From Octopus sinensis (taxonomy: Eukaryota), in NCBI RefSeq assembly GCF_006345805.1, contig NW_021824560.1:1-18438 (forward strand): a DNA stretch of 18,438 bases, written 5' to 3'. Under the pieces are notes generated by a model that saw nothing but the letters and a program-made list of their open reading frames with translations, was not told the DNA's origin and searched no databases. This document shows, in pieces, positions 1 through 10,751 of the stretch. The position numbers and the translations under genes were made by a program. How positions within the stretch are numbered: position 1 is the first letter of the stretch; every line of letters begins with the position of its first letter.

Positions 1-50
1 GGAGAGAGAGAGAGACAGACAGACGAAAGGCAGAGACAGAGAGACGGAGG
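1..50. repeat. GA/GACA-rich simple repeat
   Basis: Degenerate (GA)n/(GACA)n at the window start. Confidence 0.8.
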
Positions 51-300
51 GATGATAAGGAATTGATATTGTTCTATGGAAACAAGCAACAGAATTTTGA
101 ATTGTAACTCAGGAAAAAAATTGAAGCTGATTGATGGAATAGTCATAAAATGGAACTGAGAAAGAATGGCGGAAAAATGAATTGCGCTTGAATGGAAATT
201 TAGTAGAATCTAACAGGAAATAGAAAAGAGATCAGAACAACAAAATCCGAAGCATTAAATTATACACAACTGTGCTGAGGGAAACCTTCAATATTTAAAT

Positions 301-330
301 AATAATCCTTTTTACTATAAGCACAAGGCC
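301..330 (-). mobile_element. 30-bp 3' tail fragment of SINE family B (tail type 2)
   Basis: AATAATCCTTTTTACTATAAGCACAAGGCC resembles 14339-14365 (ATTCTTTTCTACCCCAGGCACAAGGCC), the tail of the minus-strand SINE B copy. Confidence 0.55.
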
Positions 331-362
331 ACGTACTGTAGTTTTATGTTTTAAAATCTGTT

Positions 363-782
363 CAGGAGTGGCTGTGTGGTAAGTAGCTTGCTTACGAACC
401 ACATGGTTCCGGGTTCAGTCCCACTGCGTGGAACCTTGGACAAGTGTCTTCTACTATAGCCTCGGGCCGACCTAAGCCTTGTGAGTGGATTTGGTAGACG
501 GAAACTGAAAGAAGCCCGTCCTATATATGTATATATGTATATGCATGTGTTTGTATATGTTTGTGTGTCTGTGTTTGTCCCGCCAGCATCGCTTGACAAC
601 CGATGGTGGCGTGTTTACGTCCCCGTAACTTAGCGGTTCGGCAAAAGTGACCGATAGAATAAGTACTAGGCCTACAAAAAATAAGTCCTAGTCTCGATTT
701 GTTCGAATAAAGGCGGTTCTCCCGCATGGACTCAGTCAAACGATTGAAACAAGTAAAAGAGTAAATGAATAAAAGAATAAAA
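363..782 (+). mobile_element. tRNA-derived SINE family A, full-length copy
   Basis: Pol III A-box TGGCTGTGTGG (369-379), B-box GGTTCAGTCCC (412-422), CORE-like CCTTGGACAAGT (434-445), internal (TA)/(TG) microsatellite ~521-570, and a 3' module ending AAGTAAAAGAGTAAATGAATAAAAGAATAA. Homologous to copies at 5795, 10095, 13652 and 16767. Confidence 0.92.
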
Positions 783-823
783 GGAGAAAAGTAGCTGGAG
801 GAAAAGGGGTAGGGGTTTGAAAA

Positions 824-880
824 GCAGCAGCAGTAGCAGCAGCAGCGGTAGTAGCAGCAGCAGTAGCGTATGCAGCAGCA
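824..880. repeat. imperfect (CAG)n/(TAG)n trinucleotide repeat
   Basis: Directly visible. Confidence 0.85.
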
Positions 881-954
881 ATAATGTCACTGGCCTTTAA
901 CGTTAATGTTCGACTTGAATTTCCGTAGGTTCGAATGCTGTAAGGAAAATATTG

Positions 955-1080
955 GTAGAGATGGGTATCTAGGACCCATCCCTACACATGAGTAGGACCC
1001 ATCTAGGACTCGTCCCTACACATTACTAGGACCCATCTAGGACCCATCTAGGACCCATCTACGACGCATCCTTACACATG
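955..1080. repeat. minisatellite of an 11-bp unit TAGGACCCATC interspersed with a 12-bp unit CCTACACATGAG, preceded by an inverted copy
   Basis: 11-bp units at 970, 993, 1004, 1027, 1038, 1049 and 1060; 12-bp-type units at 981, 1015 and 1071. GTAGAGATGGGT (955-966) is complementary to ACCCATCCCTAC (974-985) with one mismatch. Confidence 0.9.
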
Positions 1081-1212
1081 TTTGGTTCCGAATGAGGAAG
1101 TTACTTAGTCAAGGTTTAAATTTAGTTTGCCGTGTTATGTCATGGTTAGAAAAGAAGATATGCAGATGAGGAATAATAGGAAATGTACACATTAATACAG
1201 AAAGATACATAC

Positions 1213-1890
1213 AGAGAGATGGGAAGGGATGGTAGAGAGGGGGAGGGAGAGGGAGAGGCAGAGGAGCGAGAGGAAGAGGCTGAGGGGAGAGGGGGGAGAG
1301 AGGTGAAAGACAGAGGAGATAGAGGGAGAGAGAGAGGAAGAGAGAGGTAAGAGAAGGAGAGAGGTGAAAGACAGAGGAAAGAGAGGCAGAGGCAGAGGAA
1401 AGGGAGTGAGGAAAGAGAGGACAGAGAGAGAAAGAGGTGAAAGAGAGAAGAGAGATAGGAGGAAGAGAGGGAGAGTGAAGTAAGAGAGGAGAGACAGGAC
1501 AGGAGAGAGAGGCGAGAGGGAGAGGGAGAGGAGAGGGGAGGAAGGGGAGAAGGGAGAGGGGAGAGAGAGAAGAAAGAGGAGAGAGAGCAGAGAGAAGAGA
1601 GAGACAGGGAGAGAAAGGAAGGACTGAGGCGGGAGAGACAGGAGGAAGAGGGAGAGAGAAGAAAGACAGGGAGAGACGGGAAGAGAGAGAGTGGAGAAAG
1701 GGACAGAGAGGGAGAGAGTGGAGAATGGGACAGAGAGAGAGAGGAGAAAGAGCAGAGGTAGAGAGGGATAGGAGAGAGGGAGAGAGAGGGCAGAGGGAGA
1801 GAAGGTAGAGGCGAAGAGAGAGAGGGTTGAGAAGAGACACAGAGAGAGAGAGAGAGAGAGAGAGCGAGAGCGCGCGCGAGAGAGAGGAGA
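1213..1890. repeat. polypurine (GA/GGA/GAGG) low-complexity tract
   Basis: About 680 bp almost entirely A/G on the + strand; it is the source of the L/S/P-rich minus-strand ORF. Confidence 0.95.
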
Positions 1891-2100
1891 ACAATGCAGT
1901 AATTAGCTGGTTGTCATGTGATCTGGAAGGTTTCCGTGTAGCAGCAGCTCTTTCTGTGCCAAATATGCTACCCGTACTTTAAATATGCCCTCTAGGCATG
2001 TCGAGAATCGGTAAGTGTTGAGGTGGTTTCAAAGATGACAGCATGACGACAGCAGAGCTGTGGTACGACTGGTGATGACGTTGGCAAGGGATGAAGACGC

Positions 2101-2110
2101 TAATGATGAC

Positions 2111-2155
<45 letters not shown>

Positions 2156-2860
2156 GATGTTAATAATGATGGTAATATTAATGATGATGGTGATGAATGT
2201 GATGATGATAATGATAATAATGACGATGGTGATGATGATGATGATCATGACGATGGTGATGATGGTGATAATGATGATGATGATGATGATGATGATATAA
2301 ATGATGATGGTGATGATGATGATGATGATGGGGATGATAGTAATGATGATGATGATGTTGATGATGATATTAATGATGATGATGATGATGGTGATGGTGA
2401 TGATGATGGTGGTGATAGTAATGATGATGATGATGATGATAATGATAGTAATGACGATGGTGATGATGATGATCATGATGACGGTGTTATTGCTGGTAGT
2501 AATGGGGCAGTGATGAAAATGATGGTGATGTTGATGATGACGACAATGATGATGACGATGATGATGATGAGGGGGAGGTGGAGGTGGTGGTAGAGCACTA
2601 CGATGACGACGACGACGACGTTGATAATAGTGGTGATGGTGACGACAATAGCAATAATAACGACGACAATTATTAGCAATCATAAATCATTATGCGATCA
2701 CAACGTTCAACAAATTAATGGCGACGACGACGTACAACAAAGATGGCGACAGCGACAAGAGGAGCGAGCGACAAAGACGACGACAAACCTAATGACTACG
2801 ATAATTATAATTATGATAATAATGATGATAATGACGATAATGATGGGGGATAATAGTGAT
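2101..2860. repeat. degenerate (GAT)n/(GAC)n/(AAT)n trinucleotide tract
   Basis: Directly visible; gives poly-D, poly-M and poly-I ORFs in several frames. Confidence 0.95.
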
Positions 2861-2945
2861 AATGTTTGTGGCGATGGATAATGTTGTTGTTTAGAAATCA
2901 ACTACCATTAAAAAGCAATTGTTCCAGCGCGTTCAAAATACCGTT

Positions 2946-3372
<427 letters not shown>

Positions 3373-3452
3373 GATTTCCATCTTTTGCTCTTTCATTTGG
3401 TTTTTCTTCTCCATTTTCCTGTTCCTTCATCTCTGCTTTTTTTTCTTCTCTT

Positions 3453-3467
3453 TGTGTGTATGTGTGT

Positions 3468-3509
<42 letters not shown>

Positions 3510-3514
3510 TGTGT
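3453..3514. repeat. (GT)n microsatellite
   Basis: Directly visible. Confidence 0.97.
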
Positions 3515-3615
3515 ATCTTATTTCATTGATTCGTTGTTGCTTACTTTTTCTCTTTTTTATTTGTTTCTCCGTTTCCGTCTCTCTGTCGCTATCTCTTTAT
3601 ATTTCACACAAATAA

Positions 3616-3635
3616 ACACGCACACACACACACAC

Positions 3636-3674
<39 letters not shown>
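3616..3674. repeat. (CA)n microsatellite
   Basis: Directly visible. Confidence 0.97.
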
Positions 3675-3676
<2 letters not shown>

Positions 3677-3833
3677 AACCCCTCTCCCTCAACCTCGCAC
3701 AAGTCCCTCCATCTCCCTGTTTCTTTAAAGGAAATACCGCTTTTTTGTAATTAACAGGAGAGGCATTAAAGTACGGATATCTACCGGAAGCAATCAAAAT
3801 TTTCTTTCATTTTTTTTATGTTGTTGTTCTTGC

Positions 3834-3877
<44 letters not shown>

Positions 3878-3897
3878 TATTATTATTATTATTATTA

Positions 3898-3955
<58 letters not shown>

Positions 3956-3983
3956 ATTGTTATTATTATTATTATCATCATCA
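3834..3983. repeat. (ATT)n with a terminal (ATC)3; tail/target tract of the adjacent retrotransposon
   Basis: Directly visible; abuts the 3' end of the minus-strand RLE fragment. Confidence 0.95.
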
Positions 3984-4380
3984 CAAGTTTTGTTGGAACT
4001 CCTGGAATTTTGCATGCGGATCAGGCTTACTACCTGCAGCCTACGGTACCATGCTATCCGTTCTTTTCAGCTATCAAATACTTTCCTGATTATTCTGGCT
4101 ATGCCAAGGAGGTAAGCCTTTTGTAACAGTTCTACTGGGCACTCTATTCCACTTTCCTTTATATTCTTCTTGATTCCTCTTGATGCCTTCTGATACTGTT
4201 CACCTTCATTTTCGATAGCCGGGCTATTTCGTACTTAAGAGGGTTATATTTATCTACATTTTCGCTTTCCTTTTGGAATATTTGTGGGTGAAAGGGGCAC
4301 GCAACATCAACTATACATGTCCGGTCTGTTATACTCTAGCCCCTGATCTGTTTAGACTGGGAAATCCCAGAGGATTTTGC
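3984..4380 (-). mobile_element. decayed 3' end of an RLE-type non-LTR retrotransposon (R4/Dong-like), copy 1
   Basis: Manual minus-strand translation with stops, frameshifts and deletions gives KILWDFPV*TDQGLEYNRPD..DVACPFHPQIFQKESENVDKYNPLKYEIARL..GIECPVELLQKAYLLGIARIIRKVFDS* (stop at 4067-4069). This has the NRPD / D-V-x-x-P / K-Y pattern of the PD-(D/E)xK RLE domain, followed by an ~80 bp 3' UTR and (GAT)(AAT)n. Not in the ORF track. Confidence 0.85.
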
Positions 4381-4394
4381 TTATTATTATTATT

Positions 4395-4841
4395 CAGTAG
4401 TTTTATCACGGGCTTTCATAGCACTACCGAGCGCCTTGGGTATGTGCTGTGATTTGTTGTGGTGCTCTTATTTTCACTGTATTGAAAGTGTTTTACGTAG
4501 GATGTGTGCAGTGCCTAGTAGTGCGATTTTCTGTGTGTTATATACACTTGTAAGTCCTGTTGTTTTTGTTATGTATTTGTTTGAATATTTTTTCATCGTA
4601 CCTAATGCGCCCACTATGATAGGAATTATTTCTCTTTTTAGCCTCCACATTCGAGTTACCTCTATTTCCAGATCTTTGTATTTTGAAAGTTTCTCCATTT
4701 CTTTTAGAGAAACATTGTCATCTGTTGGTATTGATACGTCGAATAGAAGCAATTTTCTTCTTGATCTCTGACAACTATGTCCGGCCTATTGGCCTTAATT
4801 TCTCTAACTGTGTGTGTATGGGCATATCACACAGTATGGTC
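4395..4841 (-). mobile_element. decayed 3' end of an RLE-type non-LTR retrotransposon (R4/Dong-like), copy 2, a different family
   Basis: ORF 4474-4752 LLFDVSIPTDDNVSLKEMEKLSKYKDLEIEVTRMWRLKREIIPIIVGALG..QKIALLGTAHILRKTLSIQ, with frameshifted upstream TILCDMPIHT and IKANRPDIVVRDQEE. A short 3' UTR ends in (AAT)4 at 4381-4394. Clade naming is from recalled motifs and TAA targeting. Confidence 0.9.
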
Positions 4842-4854
4842 ATTATTATTGTTG

Positions 4855-4893
<39 letters not shown>

Positions 4894-5266
4894 GTAGTAG
4901 TAGTAGTAGTATTGTTGTTGTTATTATAATTATAATTATTATTATTATTATTATTGTTCTTCTTCTTCTTCTTATTGTTATTATTATTATTGTTATTGTT
5001 ATCATCATCATCATCATCATGATCATCACCACCACCACCACCACCACCACCATCTCATCATGATCATCATCATGATCATGATCATCATAATCATGATCAT
5101 CATCATGATCATCATGATCATCATCATCATCATCATCATTATTATTATTATTAGTAGTAGTAGTATTATTATTATAATTCTTCTTATTATTATTGTTATT
5201 ATTATTATTATTATTATTATATATTATTATTATTTTATGATTATTATTATTATTGTGTTATTATTA

Positions 5267-5301
<35 letters not shown>

Positions 5302-5340
5302 TATTATTATTATTATTATATTATATACCTGTTGCTATAT
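4842..5340. repeat. compound (ATT)/(GTT)/(AGT)/(ATC)/(ACC) microsatellite
   Basis: Directly visible. Confidence 0.95.
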
Positions 5341-5646
5341 TATATTAATGTTGTTGTGTATTGCTGTGTCTATCATTTTTTTTATTAGTATTTATCTTTT
5401 ATTTTAAGAAGATTTATGTTTCGTAGTTGAAGGAGTTACACGAAACTGAGTCAATTGCCAATTACGATCCGCCATTTTGTGCCCCGTTTATAGCTTGTGA
5501 AGGGAGTGGCGGAGATGGTAGCGACGGCAGTGGTGGTGACGGCGATAGTAATACCGCTTGTTTTGATGTTGCTGCAGCTGTTTATGTGGCTGCTCTGAGT
5601 AGCATATGTGGAATGGAAACGGCGCATTCTTTAGTCTTTTGTCATA

Positions 5647-5796
5647 TATCTTTTACTTGTTTCAGTCATGAGACTGTGGCCATGCTGGGGCACTTCTTTA
5701 AATAATTCAGTCAAAAACAAAACCTACGTTTTACGCTTGGCATTTGTTCTATCGGTTTGTTTTATCCACCTGCTATGTTACGGGGACGTAAGCAAC
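5647..5796 (-). mobile_element. older SINE A 3' module
   Basis: TATCTTTTACTTGTTTCAGTCAT..GCCATGCTGGGGCAC..GTTACGGGGACGTAA is the reverse complement of the family A 3' module. Confidence 0.8.
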
Positions 5797-5858
5797 CAAA
5801 GCCTTGTGAGTGGATTTGGTAGAGAAAAACTGAAAGAAGCCCGTCGTGTGTGTGTGTG

Positions 5859-5900
<42 letters not shown>

Positions 5901-6225
5901 GCATACATATATATATATATACATACAAATATATATATACATATATATACATACACACACACACACAAACACACACACACATATATATATATATGCATGT
6001 ATGTATTTATGTGTTTTTGTGTCTGTACTTGATCCCCCATCACCGCTTGACAACCTGTGTTGGTGTGTTTACATCCCCGTAACTTAGCGATGCGGCAAAA
6101 AAGACCGATAGAATAAGTACCAAGCTTAAAATAAATAAGTCCTGGGTTGATTTGTTCGGCTAAAAGTTGGTGCTCCAGCATGGCCGCAGTCACATGACTG
6201 AAACAATTAAAAGAATAAAAGAATA
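5795..6225 (+). mobile_element. SINE A, 5'-truncated, with an expanded internal microsatellite
   Basis: Starts at ACCAAAGCCTTGTGAGTGGATTTGG, has an ~180 bp TA/CA tract, and the 3' module ends AAGAATAAAAGAATA. Confidence 0.9.
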
Positions 6226-6339
6226 TATATATGGAAAGACCAGGGCTTGGTGAGTAAACAAGAAACATTTTTTAAAATAATTCTTGAGCCCTAGGTCTCA
6301 CAAAGCTAATTACCCACTGAACAAGATGCCGATCCGTGG

Positions 6340-6772
6340 CAAAGTTCAAGGTCAGTAATTTTTGTTACGGGGTGGAAACAAGTCGGTTACATCGGCCCCA
6401 GTACTTGATTGGTACTTGGCTTTATCGACGTTAGCACGTCGGGCGAAATGCTTAGCGGTATTTCGTCTGCCGTTATGTTCTGAGTTCAAATTCCGCCGAG
6501 GTCGACTTTGCCTTTCATCCTTTCGGGGTCGATAAATTAAGTACCAGTTACACACTGGGGTCGATGTAATCGACTTAAATCCTATGTCTGTCCTTGTTTG
6601 TCCCCTCTATGTTTAGCCCCTTGTGGGTAATAAAGAAATAGGTACTTGGTTTTATCAGTCCTCGAAGAATGGAAAGAAAAGGGGATTTCGGTATGATTTG
6701 AACTCAGAACGTAAAGAGCCGGAAGAAATGCTTTTAAGCATTTTATTCGACACACTAACTAATCTTCCTGCT
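6340..6772 (-). mobile_element. older SINE B copy split by a younger insertion (parts ~6340-6426 and ~6641-6772)
   Basis: 6641-6772 is a diverged reverse complement of head plus Meta-like domain (ATTTGAACTCAGAACGTAA). 6364-6426 is the reverse complement of the downstream half and tail. Confidence 0.75.
6428..6640 (+). mobile_element. SINE B (tRNA head, Meta-like domain, tail type 1), young, slightly 5'-truncated, with a 16-bp TSD
   Basis: B-box GAGTTCAAATTCC (6482-6494). GGTCGACTTTGCCTTTCATCCTTTCGGGGTCGATAAATTAAGTACC resembles the MetaSINE central domain as recalled. TSD GGTACTTGG(C/T)TTTATC at 6411-6426 and 6641-6656. Confidence 0.92.
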
Positions 6773-7404
6773 CACTACACTACATGTGTCTTAATTATCC
6801 GCAAAATACATGTGAGTAGAGAGCTCAACAATGGAACGGACAGATTAACTGAAGATTTTATGCATATTACTGGAATTGCACAGTTTCTACTGATTGGCGT
6901 CGCCATTTCTCGTGTAGGAACTCTTGATCTATCTTACTTTAAAAAAATGTGGAGCGGCCTTCACTGATTCGGAGGGACAATAGAAGTTTCTTTTTCTCGA
7001 ATAGTAACGATGATTTAATTTTCTAATTGTATCTCATTCGCTTTCTGCAACCTCGAAAAAAAAAATGTTGAAGAAAATGAGTTAACATATTGCGTAGTGT
7101 AATTCTTCATAAGTTCGACTGGAAGAATGGTGGTTTAGAATCATAACTGATGAAGGTAAAGAACACGTAATAAATCTGCAAGATCGTTCGCTATTTGTAT
7201 ATAGAAAACTGTGAAGAAGAAATAGCGACAGCTGTAATATAGTGTTTGGAGGTAAATAATGTCTTTGTGTATTTGGAGAAAAGGCTTTTAAGATAGACCA
7301 TTTAGTGGAGAAGATTACCCGAGTTTATTGTACAGGAGAAGGAATGGATATCGGATTTGAAAAAGATTACTTATAGAATATATTAATGCTTTCAGAATAT
7401 ATTA

Positions 7405-7511
7405 ATGTATGTATGTATGTATGTATGTATGTATGTATGTATGTATGTATGTATGTATGTATGTATGTATGTATGTATGTACGTATGTATGTATGTATGT
7501 ATGTATGTATG

Positions 7512-7600
<89 letters not shown>

Positions 7601-8220
7601 GTCTATCCATCTATCTATTTATCTCTATATCTATCCGTCTATGTATGTATGTATGCATGTATGTATGTATGTATGTATCTGTCTATCTATATATCTGTCT
7701 GTCTGTCTATCTATACATCTATTTATGTGTGCATGTTTTTGGTTATACATACCTATACGCACATACATACATACATACACACACATATGTATGTATATAT
7801 ACATATGTGTGTGTGCGTGAATGTACGTGTATTTATATGCACGTATATGTGTATGCATGTATGCATGTATGTAGGAGTGTACGTATGTACATATGAATGT
7901 ATGTATGTGCGTATGCATATATGTATCTATATACATCTGTGTGCATGTATATCTGCGTGCATGTACTATATGTATGTATGTATGTATGTGTGTATGTATG
8001 TATGTATGTATGTATGTATGAATGTATGTATGTATGTATGTATGTATGAGTGTGTGTGTATGTATGTATGTATGTATGTATGTATATATGTACGTATGTA
8101 TGCATGTATGTCTGCGTGCATGTATGTATGCATGTATGTCTGCATGCATATATGTTTGTATACATGCGTATATCTGTCTGTCTATATGTATGTATGTATT
8201 TTATGGGTGCATGTATATAC
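7405..8220. repeat. compound (TATG)n/(TATC)n/(TG)n tetranucleotide microsatellite
   Basis: Directly visible; source of the MYVC and IYLS ORFs. Confidence 0.97.
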
Positions 8221-8697
8221 ATATCCACTCCCATACATTGTTATAATCCCATGAGGTGTCATTCGATACACCAATCAAAATACGTTAAAAATAAATATCG
8301 TTTCATTAAATTTCCGGATTTCGGTCCAGGATCGAGCCCAGAGCAATTCCAGTGATAAATTGAAAAACTGTCTGCTTTGTTAAACATCCAATGTTTCCAG
8401 CTGTTTTCTCTCCGATCAATTACAGATCGATCAAGTATCTTATTAAAGGAAACTCACTTTATCAACACTCCTAAAACCCCCCGGCATGTTGTCAGATGTT
8501 CTCCTAGCTTATTGTTGCTTACTTTTTCTTTTCTTTGTGTGTGTTTTTTTTTGTTCATGCACGGTTAAAAAGATGAGGATAAAGTTGCAGATAATAGTCG
8601 ATGATGATTACGAAGATGATGATGATGGTAGTGATGGTGGTAATAGTGGTAGTATGATGACGATGAATGTACTGCCGCTGCTGATGTTGACAATGGC

Positions 8698-8698
<1 letters not shown>

Positions 8699-8769
<71 letters not shown>
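8699..8769. repeat. (AAT)n microsatellite
   Basis: Directly visible. Confidence 0.97.
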
Positions 8770-8893
8770 CCTTTAATAGAAAATATACAAATACTAATAA
8801 AAATAGCCATAATTATTTTTAAAGTAACAAAATCATGAAACACAAAAAGAAATAATAATAATAATAACAACAACAACAAGAATAATAATAATA

Positions 8894-8940
<47 letters not shown>

Positions 8941-8959
8941 AATAATAATAATAATAATA

Positions 8960-8999
<40 letters not shown>

Positions 9000-9125
9000 C
9001 CTTTAATAGAAAATATACAAATACTAATAAAAAATAGCCATAATTATTTTTAAAGTAACAAAATCATGAAACACAGAAAAGAAATAATAATAATAATAAC
9101 AACAACAACAAGAATAATAATAATA

Positions 9126-9208
<83 letters not shown>
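8770..9208. repeat. tandem duplication of a ~230-bp unit (unique AT-rich part plus AAT/AAC/GAT tracts)
   Basis: CCTTTAATAGAAAATATACAAATACTAATAA.. starts at both 8770 and 9000. The unique parts differ only by small indels. Confidence 0.93.
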
Positions 9209-9209
<1 letters not shown>

Positions 9210-9535
9210 TTAATGATAATAATAATAATTAGAAGATGATGATTAAGAAAAAGAAGGTGAAGAAGGAGTAGGAATAAGAGGAGCAGGAGGAGGAGGTGGA
9301 AGAAGAGGGGGAAAACTGAGAAAAGGAGGTCGGGGAAGGGAGAGGAGGAGGAGGAGGAGGAAGATGAGAGAAAGGAGGAAAAAATTAAAGTGAGGACAAA
9401 AAATAATGAGGGGGGTGGAAGAAGGGGAAGAAAAAAAAGGAGGAGGAGAAAGGAAGACGATAATGAAGTAAAAAAAAAAGAGAGTAAGAAGAAAACGACT
9501 GCGACCACGACCACAATGATGATGATGATGATGAT
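9210..9535. repeat. purine-rich (GAG/GAA/GGA) low-complexity tract
   Basis: Directly visible. Confidence 0.85.
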
Positions 9536-10094
9536 ATTTTACTTCTGACTCAATTTCACTGTTAAATTGACTATTTCCGTAACATCATCATCATTTAGAT
9601 TCTTCCTTTAGTTTTTTTCTCTTCTAATTATCGCAGCAGTATTTCTCAACTCAGTGAGCACAAAGAGGATAAGTTGCCGTACAAGCAAGACTTAGCACTA
9701 GTTTAACCCGTTCTTCTAATTTGCATAAAGGTCTAAACGAACATCTGTGGCAACGGCTTAACTCGCTTTCCTTCCTCTTTTTCCTTTCTGGAATGCTACA
9801 GATTCATAAACAGCCGAATATTTATTCCAACGAAAGCAAACCCGACTTTCTTGTAACAGTGTGTTGTTACTATTTGCAGGCATGGCGCAATCTTTCTCAA
9901 GAAGCGGCTCACATGAGCTATGGATCATCATCAGGCAGACCGCATACTAAAAAAGAATTCAAGGTTATTCTTTTCTAGATGCAGTCCACAAAATTTTAAG
10001 TCACACCGAGCTGAGTCAAATTGTTATTATATACTCCGTATACGAAATTTACTATGAGTCACTTCTTCGTTTGTCCAGTCACTCATAATGTATA

Positions 10095-10274
10095 GGCACA
10101 GACGTGGTTTTGTGGTATGAAGCTTGCCCACTAACGACATGGTTCCGGGTTCAGACCCACTGCGTGGGATCTTGGGCACGTGTCTTCTACTATAGCCTTG
10201 GGCCGACCAAAACCTTGTGATTTGGAGGACAGAAACTGAAAGAAGCCTGTCGTTTCTATTTATCTATATCTATC

Positions 10275-10315
<41 letters not shown>

Positions 10316-10478
10316 TTAACCGGTATTGATTTGTTTGCGTCCCGGTAACTTAACGGTTCGCCAAAAGTGGCCGATAAAATAAGTAGCTTGTTTAAAAATG
10401 TCTTTGGGTTGATTCGTTCGACTAAAAAAGTGTCTTTGAGGCGGCACCCCGGCACGACCGCAGCCCACAAGTAAAAGG
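10095..10478 (+). mobile_element. SINE A, full-length, moderately diverged
   Basis: Head GGCACAGACGTGGTTTTGTGGTA, B-box GGGTTCAGACCC, CTTGGGCACGTGTCTT, internal (TG)n, and a 3' module with deletions ending CAAGTAAAAGG. Confidence 0.88.
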
Positions 10479-10511
10479 TATATGTGTGCATATGTGTGTG
10501 TGATCGCAGCC

Positions 10512-10566
10512 AGCTAGCTAGCTAGATAGATTAGATAGATAGGCAGCTAGATAGATCAGATTGATG

Positions 10567-10636
<70 letters not shown>

Positions 10637-10661
10637 CAGATAATGACTCTCTCTTTATATA

Positions 10662-10749
<88 letters not shown>
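10512..10749. repeat. (AGCT)/(GATA)n followed by (TA)n
   Basis: Directly visible. Confidence 0.95.

Positions 10750-10751
<2 letters not shown>

Noticed and set aside
363-425. tRNA genes at SINE heads (also 10095, 14933, 16767)
   Set aside because: A and B boxes are present, but there is no complete cloverleaf or acceptor stem, and each head continues into a SINE body.
955-1080. CRISPR-like array
   Set aside because: The units are 11-12 bp with no unique spacers, the context is eukaryotic, and there are no cas genes.
3453-3674. Inverted (GT)n/(CA)n pair; also (TATG)n at ~12120 vs (CATA)n at ~12810
   Set aside because: They could fold back, but at this microsatellite density such pairs are expected by chance.
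5427-5705. 92-aa ORF MKELHETES..GSGGDG
   Set aside because: The middle is a degenerate GGT/GAC trinucleotide tract and the end is an antisense SINE A tail.
7114-7180. CTGATGAAGG as a hammerhead core, or a 42-nt exon (RLEEWWFRIITDE, AAG|GTAAAG donor)
   Set aside because: No stem II, GAAA or helix I can be formed. The exon has a weak AAG acceptor with a poor pyrimidine tract and no recognisable homology.
7386-8355. Overlapping ORFs up to 281 aa (MYVC, IYLS, HTYI repeats)
   Set aside because: Tetranucleotide repeats lacking stop codons; not genes. The same applies to ORFs at 5762-6268, 11906-12295, 12585-13002 and 15720-16320.
9612-9970. Strong-looking splice acceptors (..TTATCGCAG at ~9637, ..TATTTGCAG at ~9879)
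   Set aside because: No convincing downstream donor and no recognisable peptide; pyrimidine runs are common in this genome.
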